Position numbers and translations under genes: made by a program
Shown: in pieces, positions 9,796-18,895 of the stretch
How the letters are laid out: the number at the start of each line of letters is the position of its first letter
How positions within the stretch are numbered: position 1 is the stretch's first letter
Notes under the pieces: generated by a model
The model's database searches: none
Seen by the model: the letters and a program-made list of their open reading frames with translations, nothing else
What the model was told of the DNA's origin: nothing
NCBI GenBank assembly: GCA_018673485.1
Contig: JABHCP010000012.1
Location: 30,393-94,392, forward strand
Source: Candidatus Uhrbacteria bacterium
GTDB taxonomy: Bacteria > Patescibacteriota > Patescibacteriia > UBA9934
DNA length: 64,000 bases
Direction: 5' to 3'

Positions 9796-10587
9796 TTATT
9801 TCAAAACGAAGTTGGCGACCATGAATCCAACACCAAACGGTGCTTCATAACTTAAAATACTTGGTTTGACTGATACTCGTTCTAAAAGTCCAAAAAGAAT
9901 CAATAGTTGTTGGTAGGCGGTTTGTTGCGCATTTTCTACAAGATCACTGTCTATACTGATCAATGCGGCTGTATTTTTCTGCGATACTAATTCCTTTATT
10001 TTTTCGTCAAATAACAGCCCATCTTTGTGAAATCCAGCTGGGGATTTACTCTCGAGCGCATGTGACAGGTCACCTGATGCGATCACTGCAATGCGTTTGT
10101 CTGCATTGAATACGATGTCCTTAAGCGCTTGTCCAAACTGAAAGTGAGCTTTGGCGTCCAAACTTGAATATGTGATGGGAATGAGTTTAACGTCCGGTAG
10201 CTTTTCGGTGAGCAATCCAATCGCGACAGCCGACCCGTGGTCGAGTGCTTCGTCTGTGGTGAGCGTTACAGGCTGATCTTGATTGCGGAGATTTCGTTGT
10301 AGCCGGTCGATTGTTTCTATATCGGGGTGGAGTTTGCGATCAAACCCTAGGTCTCCAAACGCAGACATGTCAAAGGTATACGGATTGCTGATATTAATTG
10401 AAAACGCATCCTGATAAGTTGTTGGGTGCTCACTCAAAAGCAAGATAACGTCAGGATGTGACGCATATAGTTCTTCGGCTAGCTCTTCCATCGCATCGAG
10501 TGTTTTTTGAAGTTTCACACCTTTTTCCTTGTGGATCGAGGGAAGGAGTAGGGGGGAACTTGGAGTAAGTGCTGCAAATACTAACAT
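9796..10587 (-). CDS. AmmeMemoRadiSam protein B / LigB-like extradiol dioxygenase fold
   Basis: LDHGS, IASGDLSH, YEAPFGVGF. Confidence 0.8.
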   Translation of the reverse strand: MLVFAALTPSSPLLLPSIHKEKGVKLQKTLDAMEELAEELYASHPDVILLLSEHPTTYQDAFSINISNPYTFDMSAFGDLGFDRKLHPDIETIDRLQRNLRNQDQPVTLTTDEALDHGSAVAIGLLTEKLPDVKLIPITYSSLDAKAHFQFGQALKDIVFNADKRIAVIASGDLSHALESKSPAGFHKDGLLFDEKIKELVSQKNTAALISIDSDLVENAQQTAYQQLLILFGLLERVSVKPSILSYEAPFGVGFMVANFVLK

Positions 10588-10597
10588 AGTAGAAGAT

Positions 10598-11941
10598 TTA
10601 TTCGATTGCGTCACCGAGTCGGTGCAATGCGAGCGTTTCGTCTGATACGTCAATTATGTCGTTCCATTGCCAACCAAATGAGTTAAATATGCTTTCTGAT
10701 CCAATCGGTAGTCTCTCACCCTCGGCAATAACGTATACGGTTGGATCGGTTGTTGTCTTAATAAGATATCCGTCAGGGATTAGTAGGTGAGCGGCCTCAG
10801 CGTATTGCTCGACCTCCACTGGTTCGATAATTCTAGATGATAATCCAAAGCGAGCGAGCGCTATATCTTGAGTTAAAACTGCGTGTCGAAGCCCACCTTG
10901 GAGATAGTAATATGCATCATTTGTAGAGAGCTGAACTAGTTCACCGGTAACGCTTGCGGTGGACGCTGTGATTGTTGCACCTTGCTCGTAAAGCTCCACG
11001 TCGTCACTGTCTATTTCATTTAATTCATCATCTTTAAATCCAAGTGTGTAAAATGAATCAACAGAATCAAACGGCCTTAGTGAATCATCAACTAGTAAAT
11101 AGATGTTCTCATCGTCATCATGGAGAAGGGAATAGTTCGGGAAATCAATTGCCCGCCCGTCGGAATAATTATCAAGTGTTTCAGGATTAACCTCTATGAT
11201 TAGATCGGAGTTAAAGCGTGATAATAGGGCGGACCAACTATTAATCGGTCGCTTGAATCCATATTCAATGTAGTAAACTCCGCTTTCGCCTGCAGCCTGC
11301 AATAGCGAGCCGGTGGGGTAGTTAGTGCTAAACCATCTGTCCCAAATCGTGACAAAGTTTTCATTTCCATGCAGGTGCGGCGTGTAGGCATAGAGTGCTG
11401 CCGTCGCTGCATTGATTGGTGTAACGGTGGTGTCATCGATCTCTACATCAACACCTGGACCGTACACACCTTGGGTGGTTCCGTAATTATCTATGTCTTC
11501 TAAGTATCCTTCCGAGAGTTGCATTGCAGCCGAGTTGACTTGTTTTCCAAATCCTTTCCAGCGCTGTATTGCCTCGTCCTGCTTGGAGCAGTCATCGCAA
11601 ACCGCATAACCCATAGCCCAGTCCAACTGACTATCAGACGGGTCATCATCCTCAACTAGTGATTGTTCTTTTTGCAACATCACCAAAAGTACTTTTGGAC
11701 TGATGCCTCTAGTCTGTGCAGTTTCCCAAATTATATTGGTTGCATAGGTATCGTCACCTTCCCAGTCTTCAGTTAAATAATCACCAAGAAACCCTCTGTT
11801 TAAGTAATGCTGAATTTGATTGAAGTCCAGAGCAAAAGGATCAGTAAAGTCCCAGTCAGAAATCAGGTAATTTGGGTCAAAAGCAAATACCTGAGCAGGG
11901 AACAGTAAAGACAGGAATATAAACATGACAAGCTTTCTCAT
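10598..11941 (-). CDS. Secreted cell-surface protein (QKEQS/LYxYTPH domain plus CPR-type repeats)
   Basis: Signal peptide; ISPKVLLVMLQKEQSL, ATAALYAYTPH; repeated VYYI..G.KR units. Confidence 0.7.
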   Translation of the reverse strand: MRKLVMFIFLSLLFPAQVFAFDPNYLISDWDFTDPFALDFNQIQHYLNRGFLGDYLTEDWEGDDTYATNIIWETAQTRGISPKVLLVMLQKEQSLVEDDDPSDSQLDWAMGYAVCDDCSKQDEAIQRWKGFGKQVNSAAMQLSEGYLEDIDNYGTTQGVYGPGVDVEIDDTTVTPINAATAALYAYTPHLHGNENFVTIWDRWFSTNYPTGSLLQAAGESGVYYIEYGFKRPINSWSALLSRFNSDLIIEVNPETLDNYSDGRAIDFPNYSLLHDDDENIYLLVDDSLRPFDSVDSFYTLGFKDDELNEIDSDDVELYEQGATITASTASVTGELVQLSTNDAYYYLQGGLRHAVLTQDIALARFGLSSRIIEPVEVEQYAEAAHLLIPDGYLIKTTTDPTVYVIAEGERLPIGSESIFNSFGWQWNDIIDVSDETLALHRLGDAIE

Positions 11942-12090
11942 AGTGGAGTTATTATAGCAGTTATCAGGGCTCAATGCACAGCGCTCAGTGTATGATTTTG
12001 GTGCCTATTAGTGCTCTAAAACTGTGAACTGAGTACTGTAAACTGTGTACTTTTATTGCCTAAAATTAGCCCCAAATCCACGGTTAGCTA

Positions 12091-12119
12091 TTGACAAACT
12101 TGTCATTTTGTGCTATAGT
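12091..12119 (+). promoter_or_regulatory. sigma70 promoter
   Basis: TTGACA-17-TATAGT with extended TG. Confidence 0.8.
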
Positions 12120-12124
12120 ACTTC

Positions 12125-12680
12125 TTGTAAGATCAAGCAATTGATCCCTTGCAAACAACTTGAGAGAGCCCTAACTTCTGGGTAAAAGAAGTATCCATCA
12201 ACATCGCTATTGTGGCGTGTTGGTAGAAAGCCGGTTATCTCTCTTAATTAAGAAAGGTAGCCGGTTTTCTTTATAGGTGAGGTAGTCAGACCTGAATAGA
12301 CAATGTCTAAGTAGATCTGACCACCTCGACCACCACCACAAGCCCACCCGGGCTGGAGCCACCATGAACACCATCCTCTCCCTGATCGCCGCCTTCACTT
12401 GCACCGCCGGCCCCGTCGCGCTGATCGCCAGCGTGATGATGTAGTCCTCGTGCTACATCGGCCATCTTCTCACCTGATTCGTCAGGTGAGCTACCCCCAA
12501 CCTTTGATCAAGTATCGAAGTTTGAGAGTAGCTCATAGCACTCCTCGAGCATAGGAAAGAGCGCACCTTACATATCTCTCACTCCACTTTTTCCTTTGCT
12601 CAAGGAGCGTATGCGAGTCGAATTTCTCGACCAACACGCAAGAATGACCCCCATCGCCTTCGGGCGAGAGTGAGAACATC
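12125..12680 (+). ncRNA. Long hairpin-packed leader / candidate structured RNA
   Basis: At least 8 successive stems, with UUCG loops at 12478 and 12659 and a GCAA loop at ~12137. Confidence 0.55.
12364..12444 (+). CDS. Putative 26-aa hydrophobic small ORF (MNTILSLIAAFTCTAGPVALIASVMM)
   Basis: GGAG SD, ATG..TAG, C-ending codons like the downstream gene; below ORF-track size. Confidence 0.5.
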   Translation: MNTILSLIAAFTCTAGPVALIASVMM

Positions 12681-13196
12681 ATGAACATGACCAACATCCT
12701 GCGCGTCGCCCTGTACTCCCTGATCGCCGCCCTGAGCCTGACCACCACCGGTTGCTTCGACCTGTCGAACGCTGGTGTGGACTGCTACTGGGACAGTGAG
12801 TCCGGCGCCCCCATCTGCGATGTGGGTGTGGGTACCGGCTACGGCAGTGGCAGCGGCAGCTACGAAGACACCGTCTGGGTGATGTGGGAGTCCTCCAAGC
12901 CAGAGCGTTTGACGGACTTCACCATGACGTGCACGTTCGATGACCGTGAGAACGAGAAGTTCTCCATCATCGCTGACGTCTATATCACCGACAGTTACTA
13001 CGTGGATGCCTATTTTCCGGGCGTGCCCAGCCACTTCGATGCAGTGTGCAGTGGTATGGCATACTTCAACGGAGTGGAGATCCCGTTGTTCTCCGGTGAG
13101 GTCCCGACCGGCGACGTCCTAGTCGTTCAGTGGGAAGATGAGCAAGTTGACAATTTCTGGGCTCGTAACAACGAGCTGGATATTGACTACAACTAG
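12681..13196 (+). CDS. Hypothetical acidic lipoprotein (GC-rich)
   Basis: Signal peptide with lipobox-like LTTTGC; hairpin ~13221-13254 after stop. Confidence 0.7.
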   Translation: MNMTNILRVALYSLIAALSLTTTGCFDLSNAGVDCYWDSESGAPICDVGVGTGYGSGSGSYEDTVWVMWESSKPERLTDFTMTCTFDDRENEKFSIIADVYITDSYYVDAYFPGVPSHFDAVCSGMAYFNGVEIPLFSGEVPTGDVLVVQWEDEQVDNFWARNNELDIDYN

Positions 13197-13312
13197 CCTC
13201 ACCATCCAACCCCTCCTTCTCGACCCCCGCATGCCTAGCATCGCGGGGGTTCGACACGTCTAGGAAATGTTTAAGTTGTTGAAAATGTTTAAAGTGTTTA
13301 CTTTGAGATAAA

Positions 13313-13356
13313 AAATTATCCATGATATGAGCGATCGCTCACATCATGGATAATTT
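13313..13356 (-). terminator. 44-bp near-perfect palindrome (CGATCG centre), probable tRNA terminator
   Basis: One mismatch (G-U on minus strand), T-run follows on minus. Confidence 0.65.
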
Positions 13357-13480
13357 GTATGCATAACTATTTTGCAAAACAGGATGGCTGCGCCAGCCGA
13401 AGCCAACATCTGTATAGCTGTGAATCTATCTCCGCAGAACAATCTTTGATATACCACGGTGATAGTAAAACAGCGAAGGC

Positions 13481-13557
13481 TGGTGGACCCTACCGGGCTC
13501 GAACCGGTGACCTCTTGCCTGCCAGGCAAGCGCTCTAGCCAACTGAGCTAAGGGCCC
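13481..13557 (-). tRNA. tRNA-Ala(GGC)
   Basis: Full cloverleaf, G3:U70, loop CTGGCAG, encoded CCA. Confidence 0.97.
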
Positions 13558-13571
13558 ATGAACACGATTAT

Positions 13572-13602
13572 ATCAGGCTTAGCCATTTAGGCTAAGCCTG
13601 AT
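13572..13602. promoter_or_regulatory. Perfect 13-bp inverted repeat abutting the tRNA -10 (TATAAT at 13567-13572)
   Basis: ATCAGGCTTAGCC-ATTTA-GGCTAAGCCTGAT. Confidence 0.55.
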
Positions 13603-13649
13603 TGACTAGGTCTGTGAATCTCAGTTTTGTATTTATATGATATAGCAAA

Positions 13650-14262
13650 GAGCCGCCTGGCAGAGATTGCGAGGAGGCTCAAGGGTGCTCACACCGGCCG
13701 AGTAGGTCATGGCGCACGGCGATCGGTTTGGTGACCGATGTGGGCAGGGCGAACGTGTAGAATATGACCCGTACCAGGCCTTTTCGAAGTCCCACTCCCG
13801 GTTGGGTGTGATTTTTCAAGGCACAGGTCATAAGAGGGTGGCTGCGGAGCGGGTCATGGCCCTCGCTCACACACCTCCACGGCACTTGCAGTACGTCGCA
13901 TCGTTCGATTGCTCCCGGCCCGCACTAATGTTATGGGCTTTGGCGTCGATCGCGTCGTTTGGTAGCGTGGCCTGTTGAGGTGCTTAGGCTGGAGCTCACC
14001 GCTCCGCAGCCTGGTTTGAAAGAGGGGGTTCTCACGCGACGCGCTTCCTCCCTAGTGACTGCTCAGCGTGATTGCTGTGGTGGTACGACAGTTGCCGGAT
14101 CGTCGATCACCCGCCCCGAAAGCCCGGGACTTGCATTTGGACTCTTTCTAACCAAGATTGGTGGCCGTGAAAAGCAGCGTCGACCTGGCAGTCGATACAG
14201 TCCGAATTGCTCGAACCACACTGCGGACGGTCTGTCGCCCTCACGGCCATAGAATGAACTTG
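13650..14262 (-). ncRNA. Candidate large structured ncRNA (~610 nt)
   Basis: Own promoter, nested long-range helices with G-U pairs on minus strand, no convincing ORF, 3' hairpin + TTT. Confidence 0.7.
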
Positions 14263-14267
14263 AGATA

Positions 14268-14296
14268 ATTAAAGCATTGCGCCAGTGAATTGTCAA
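14268..14296 (-). promoter_or_regulatory. sigma70 promoter of candidate ncRNA
   Basis: TTGACA-17-TTTAAT with extended TG. Confidence 0.7.
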
Positions 14297-14303
14297 GAAT
14301 AAG

Positions 14304-14328
14304 CAAAAACCCACATTGTGGGTTTTTG
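14304..14328 (-). terminator. clpB terminator
   Basis: CAAAAACCCACA-T-TGTGGGTTTTTG. Confidence 0.75.
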
Positions 14329-14332
14329 TTGA

Positions 14333-14358
14333 TGGATTCCTGCTTTCGCAGGAATGAC
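14333..14358. repeat. Family-C REP-like element (GGATTCCTGCTTTCGCAGGAATGAC)
   Basis: Relatives at 22152-22252, 22761-22840, 42955-42981, 43982-44073. Confidence 0.75.
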
Positions 14359-14363
14359 AAGTT

Positions 14364-17003
14364 TTATCGAACAGTGATTTTTACTGCGTCTTGTATGACG
14401 TCGATTGTTACGGTGCTTTCTTCTGGGACTTCGCCTTGCACTATCTTCATGGCTAGTGGGTCCAGGATTTTGTGTTGGATGATTCTCTTGAGCGGACGAG
14501 CGCCGTATTGAGGATCATAGCCTTCCTTTGCTAGATACTTTTTGGCACGCTCAGTAACCTTCACTATAATCTGTTTTTGACTGCTTAGGCGCTGTGCCAC
14601 TAAGTCAACTTGGAGTTGAACAATGTCGGCGATGTGACTTTCTGAAAGTGCGTGGAAGAAGATTATTTCATCCACTCGGTTTAGGAACTCTGGTTTGAAT
14701 TGTTCGCGCATCATTTCCATCACGCGGTCTTTAACTCCGTTGGATTCATTGTGCTCGCGGACAGAGTCATCATCAAAACCAATGTTTCCAGCTTTTTCGG
14801 AATTGAGTATAAACTCAGAGCCGATATTGGATGTCATTATAATGATTGTGTTTTTGAAGTTCACACGTCGACCCTTGGCGTCAGTTAGGTGGCCGTCATC
14901 CAAAACCTGCAAAAGCATGTTGAAAATGTCTGGGTGTGCTTTTTCGATTTCATCAAAGAGAATGACAGAGTAGGGGCGTCGTCTCACTTTTTCTGTAAGT
15001 TGTCCGGCCTCATCGTGGCCGATGTATCCAGGAGGGGATCCGATCATTTTGCTTACACTATGCTTTTCCATATACTCTGACATGTCCACGCGGATGAGTG
15101 CTTCCTCGTCGTCAAACATGAAGTCTGCCAATACCTTTGCCAGCTCTGTTTTACCAACTCCAGTTGGACCCAAGAATATAAATGATCCGATCGGTTGCTT
15201 TTCCTCACTGATTCCAGCGCGTGATCGTCGCAGGGCATTGCTCACCGCAGTAATCGCTTCGTCTTGCCCGATAACTTGAGATTTCAAATCATCTTCCATG
15301 GTGGCAAGTTTTTCCATTTCACCCTGGAGCATCTTGCTCATTGGAATGTGTGTCCAGCGCGAAACGATTGATGCGATTTCTTCTGGCCCGATTTCTTCTT
15401 TTAATAGCCCACGTTCTTCTTGGAAGTTTTTAAGTTCAGTCTGAGCATCCTCCAGGTTTTCTCGTTTTTCAGGAATTACGCTGTAACGGATCTCTGCAAC
15501 TTTTTGCAAATCACCTTTACGCTCTTCAATGTCTGATTCGTTCGTAAGTTTGTCGATTTCATCCTTTAGATTTCTAATCTTCTGGATAATTGCTTTTTCG
15601 TTTTTCCAACGCAGCTCAAGCTCTGAGGATTGCTCTTTTGAGTCACCAATTGATTTTTCGATTTGCTTCAGTCTTTGCTTTGACTGCTTGTCTTTTTCTT
15701 TGAGTAGTGATTGCTTTTCAATCTCCAAGCGCATTTCTTCACGCTTGAGCCGATCAAGCTCCTCAGGCATTGAGTCGATTTGCATTCTAAGTGCTGCCGC
15801 TGACTCATCCATCAAGTCGATCGCCTTGTCTGGCAAGAATCGCTCAGTAATGTAGCGACTTGAAAGCTCAGCTGCTGCAACAAGTGCTGCGTCACTAATC
15901 CGCACTCCGTGGTGAATCTCGTATTTTTCCTTAATACCACGCAGGATCGCAATGGTATCAGGCACAGATGGTTCCTCAACTATCACGGGTTGGAATCTAC
16001 GTTCAAGCGCTGCGTCTTTCTCAATGTACTTTTGATATTCTTTAAGTGTTGTTGCACCAATCACACGCATCTCACCACGAGCAAGAGCAGGCTTTAGCAT
16101 GTTACTCGCATCCATGGGGCTTTCTTCACCTTTACCAGCACCAACTAAGTTATGTAGCTCATCGATGAATAAAATCATCTTACCGTCTGACTGTTCAATT
16201 TCCTTTACCACCGCTTTTAGACGTTCTTCAAACTCACCGCGGAATTTTGTTCCAGCAACGAGTGCTCCTAGGTCAAGTGAGATAATCTCGCGGTTCTTTA
16301 GCATTTCAGGAACATCTTCGGCAACAATTCTCTGGGCTAGTCCTTCAGCTATTGCAGTCTTACCAACTCCAGCTTCTCCAATGAGCACTGGGTTGTTCTT
16401 TTTGCGGCGAACTAATACTTGCATCAGCCGTCGAATTTCTTCGTCTCGTCCAATGACTGGGTCGAGTTTTCCAAGGCGTGCATATTCAGTTAGGTTTATG
16501 CTGTATTTTTCCAGCGCCTGGAACTTTGCTTCCGGATCAGCCGAATCCACCTTTTGATTTCCACGCACATCTTTGAGCGCTTCAAGGGTTGGTTTTACTT
16601 CAATTCCTTGACCAGTTAAGAACTGAGCGACTTGTTTATTTTGCAAGAGCGCTAAAAACAAATGTTCTGTTGAGATAAAATCATCACCAAATTGTTTAGC
16701 TTGGTTTGCGCTGTTTTGCATTGTCTTAGCTAGGGCAGGGGAGAGAAGAACCTGTCCCATTCCACTTTGATTAAAACCAAAGTTTTTTGGAAGAGATTGC
16801 AGTATTTGATCGACCTGCGAAATAAGTCGATTCACGTTGATCTTCATTTTTTGCAAGAGTGACGGAATAATTCCAGCGTCTTGATTTATAAGACTAGCAA
16901 GAAGATGAATCGGGTCAACCGCCTGCTGACCATTTTCATTAGCCAGCATCTGAGCCACCTGAATGGCTTCCTGAGATTTAGAAGTAAAGTTATTGGGTAT
17001 CAT
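14364..17003 (-). CDS. clpB: ATP-dependent chaperone ClpB
   Basis: Two AAA+ modules ([16 protein letters not shown]), long coiled-coil M domain, 879 aa. Confidence 0.96.
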   Translation of the reverse strand: MIPNNFTSKSQEAIQVAQMLANENGQQAVDPIHLLASLINQDAGIIPSLLQKMKINVNRLISQVDQILQSLPKNFGFNQSGMGQVLLSPALAKTMQNSANQAKQFGDDFISTEHLFLALLQNKQVAQFLTGQGIEVKPTLEALKDVRGNQKVDSADPEAKFQALEKYSINLTEYARLGKLDPVIGRDEEIRRLMQVLVRRKKNNPVLIGEAGVGKTAIAEGLAQRIVAEDVPEMLKNREIISLDLGALVAGTKFRGEFEERLKAVVKEIEQSDGKMILFIDELHNLVGAGKGEESPMDASNMLKPALARGEMRVIGATTLKEYQKYIEKDAALERRFQPVIVEEPSVPDTIAILRGIKEKYEIHHGVRISDAALVAAAELSSRYITERFLPDKAIDLMDESAAALRMQIDSMPEELDRLKREEMRLEIEKQSLLKEKDKQSKQRLKQIEKSIGDSKEQSSELELRWKNEKAIIQKIRNLKDEIDKLTNESDIEERKGDLQKVAEIRYSVIPEKRENLEDAQTELKNFQEERGLLKEEIGPEEIASIVSRWTHIPMSKMLQGEMEKLATMEDDLKSQVIGQDEAITAVSNALRRSRAGISEEKQPIGSFIFLGPTGVGKTELAKVLADFMFDDEEALIRVDMSEYMEKHSVSKMIGSPPGYIGHDEAGQLTEKVRRRPYSVILFDEIEKAHPDIFNMLLQVLDDGHLTDAKGRRVNFKNTIIIMTSNIGSEFILNSEKAGNIGFDDDSVREHNESNGVKDRVMEMMREQFKPEFLNRVDEIIFFHALSESHIADIVQLQVDLVAQRLSSQKQIIVKVTERAKKYLAKEGYDPQYGARPLKRIIQHKILDPLAMKIVQGEVPEESTVTIDVIQDAVKITVR

Positions 17004-17029
17004 AATGATTGTTGAAAGTGATGAAGATG

Positions 17030-17103
17030 TTTGAAATATTTACTTCGAAATAAACACTTTAAACAAGTGAGGCCAGAGGCCAAACGATTGGACATTTTAA
17101 ACA
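17030..17103. repeat. Nonamer (TGTTT/AAACA) array element
   Basis: ~65-nt core TTTACTTCGAA.TAAACA..AACAAGTGAGG..AACGATT.GACA shared with ~43448-43512; partial arrays at ~13268, ~18860, ~22697. Confidence 0.75.
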
Positions 17104-17106
17104 TTA

Positions 17107-17133
17107 TTAGCACTCCCAAGTATAGAGTGCTAA
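17107..17133. promoter_or_regulatory. CIRCE element (HrcA operator) upstream of clpB
   Basis: Exact TTAGCACTC-N9-GAGTGCTAA. Confidence 0.95.
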
Positions 17134-17148
17134 TTCGAATTCGTCAAA

Positions 17149-17363
17149 CTGTGGACAGAGGTTCAACCTCTGTCCACAGGTAGGAGTCGAACTCTCAGAG
17201 GATAAGCTTCCTGTGGATAACAGTTAAACTGCTGTCCACAGCGGATGCGAGAAACCCACCGGCGCGAGGCGGCGGTGGGTAGAAGGCTAGCAGTCCGACT
17301 CTCGGGAGCCGGACTCTCAGATGGGGAACTTCCTGTGGATAAGTGGCAGAACATTGTGAATAA
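17149..17363. repeat. Palindrome cluster with DnaA-box matches
   Basis: 31-bp palindromes 17149-17179 and 17211-17241; TGTGGATAA at 17212 and 17334, TGTGAATAA at 17355. Confidence 0.7.
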
Positions 17364-17391
17364 GGGGGATTTATCGTAGGATATAGTCATT

Positions 17392-17802
17392 ATGACTTTA
17401 AAGAAAGCTTTTTTAATCATTGCGATTGTATTGGTTTTTCATTTTGTTGGTTTGGCCTTTGATGCCTATGGAGTGTTTGAGTGGTACGACATTCCAATGC
17501 ACATTGGTGGTGGATTCGCTATGGCCGCATTAGGGCTGGCGATTTGGATTGAGGGTGTTGAAGATGTAACTTTCAAAGGTTGGTTTCAAAAGCACTTGAA
17601 ATGGTGGCTTGTTCCTGGAATAGTTCTCGGATTCGTTTCATTGATCGGGATACTTTGGGAATTGCATGAGTTCATTCTTGATGAGATTTTTCCACGTGCA
17701 CTGGAGTTGAAGCATCAGCCAGGTTTGGCAGACACCATGATGGATTTTGTAATGGATTTACTTGGCGGTGTTATCGCCTTGATCGTATTTTGGCGACGTT
17801 AG
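17392..17802 (+). CDS. Integral membrane protein (DUF2238/VanZ-like)
   Basis: YDIPMHIGGG, WELHEF, DTMMDF motifs; ~4 TM. Confidence 0.7.
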   Translation: MTLKKAFLIIAIVLVFHFVGLAFDAYGVFEWYDIPMHIGGGFAMAALGLAIWIEGVEDVTFKGWFQKHLKWWLVPGIVLGFVSLIGILWELHEFILDEIFPRALELKHQPGLADTMMDFVMDLLGGVIALIVFWRR

Positions 17803-17803
17803 T

Positions 17804-18766
17804 ATGAAACATGAACTATTTAAAATTTCGATAGATGATTTAAACGACGCGGAGCTTGAGACTGAGCTTGTTTCTTTTTTATATTCAAATTCAACAAAAC
17901 TCATTGCGACACCAAATGCCGAGATGCTTGTTGATGCAATTCAGGATAATGGCAACCCCCCTGAATCCCCCCTTGCCCATTCGACAGGCTCAGGGCACCC
18001 TGAGGAATCGAAGGGTGGGAAGAGGGGAGGCGCATTTCGTGATGCGCTTTCGAATACAGATCTGAACTTGCCCGACACAGTCTCGATTCGGTTTGCGGTA
18101 TCTGCTTTGACTGATAATAGACTTAAGAATCGACACACGGGCGTTGATACACTGCAGAGCTTGATAGAACTTTGTGCAAGGGAAGGGAAGAGTGTTTTAT
18201 TCTTTGGAGGAAATGTCGAGACTCTAAAGCTTGCAAAAAAGAAAGTTGAAGGTAGTCTTCCGCAGACCCTCCTTCGTGAGGAGATGGGGCCAGTGATTAC
18301 ATCTACTCAGTATCAAGGAAGAGATAGAGACGGTTTTAGTATTTCGATTCTGGATCCTGGCGCTGTTGAGCTAGTTGACGATGGGGTTGTCATCGAAAGC
18401 TCGATGATGAATAGAATCAACAAAATCAAGCCAGACGTCATTGCGATCGCTTTGCCTCATAAAAAGCAGTTGGCATTCATGCGTCAATTTAAGGATGAGT
18501 TTCCAAGCGTAAAGATTATGATCGGTGTAGGGGGTGCGCTTGATATGATCAGTGGCAGATTAAAAAGGGCGCCAAAATGGATGCGTAGGACTGGCTTGGA
18601 ATGGCTGTGGCGTGTGTTGATAGAACCAAGCAGGATTGGTAGGATTCTAAAGGCGAGCGTTGCCTTTCCCGCACTGGTCACGATTGAAACAATCAAGCGC
18701 GGCAGGTTCATTAAGGCAGTTAAGAACACAGCTCCTGAGATCATTCGGCAGTTGAGTGGAAAGTAG
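17804..18766 (+). CDS. WecB/TagA/CpsF family glycosyltransferase
   Basis: ATPNAE, PDT, TGVD, KQ, GVGGALD, KRAPKWM..GLEWLWR..EPSR. Confidence 0.92.
   Translation: MKHELFKISIDDLNDAELETELVSFLYSNSTKLIATPNAEMLVDAIQDNGNPPESPLAHSTGSGHPEESKGGKRGGAFRDALSNTDLNLPDTVSIRFAVSALTDNRLKNRHTGVDTLQSLIELCAREGKSVLFFGGNVETLKLAKKKVEGSLPQTLLREEMGPVITSTQYQGRDRDGFSISILDPGAVELVDDGVVIESSMMNRINKIKPDVIAIALPHKKQLAFMRQFKDEFPSVKIMIGVGGALDMISGRLKRAPKWMRRTGLEWLWRVLIEPSRIGRILKASVAFPALVTIETIKRGRFIKAVKNTAPEIIRQLSGK
17951..18030 (+). repeat. Composite family-A element (42-bp nested hairpin) in-frame in WecB/TagA
   Basis: Encodes GNPPESPLAHSTGSGHPEESKGGKRGG; close copies 18772-18850, 36418-36497, 38839-38920. Confidence 0.92.
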
Positions 18767-18771
18767 TCAAC

Positions 18772-18850
18772 GGCAACCCCCTGTCGTCCCCCTTTGCCCA
18801 TTCGACAGGCTCAGGGCACCCTGAGTTATATCGAGGGGTGGGAAGGGGGA
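18772..18850 (+). repeat. Composite family-A element, intergenic
   Basis: GGCAACCCCC..TTGCCCATTCGACAGGCTCAGGGCACCCTGAG..GGGAAGGGGGA. Confidence 0.9.
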
Positions 18851-18895
18851 TATGAGAGAAAACATTTTAAATAACTTCAACATCTTAAACATCAT

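Noticed and set aside
13650-14262. RNase P RNA, tmRNA, group II intron, T-box, or the short ORFs called here
   Set aside because: No GAGGAAAGTCC, no tRNA-like ends, no canonical domain V or T-box sequence; the ORFs overlap on both strands without SD or recognisable motifs
18255-18335. Second repeat-derived insertion in WecB/TagA (SLPQTLLREEMGP...)
   Set aside because: Looks like extra sequence and weakly resembles family A, but is too degenerate to call without ortholog alignment
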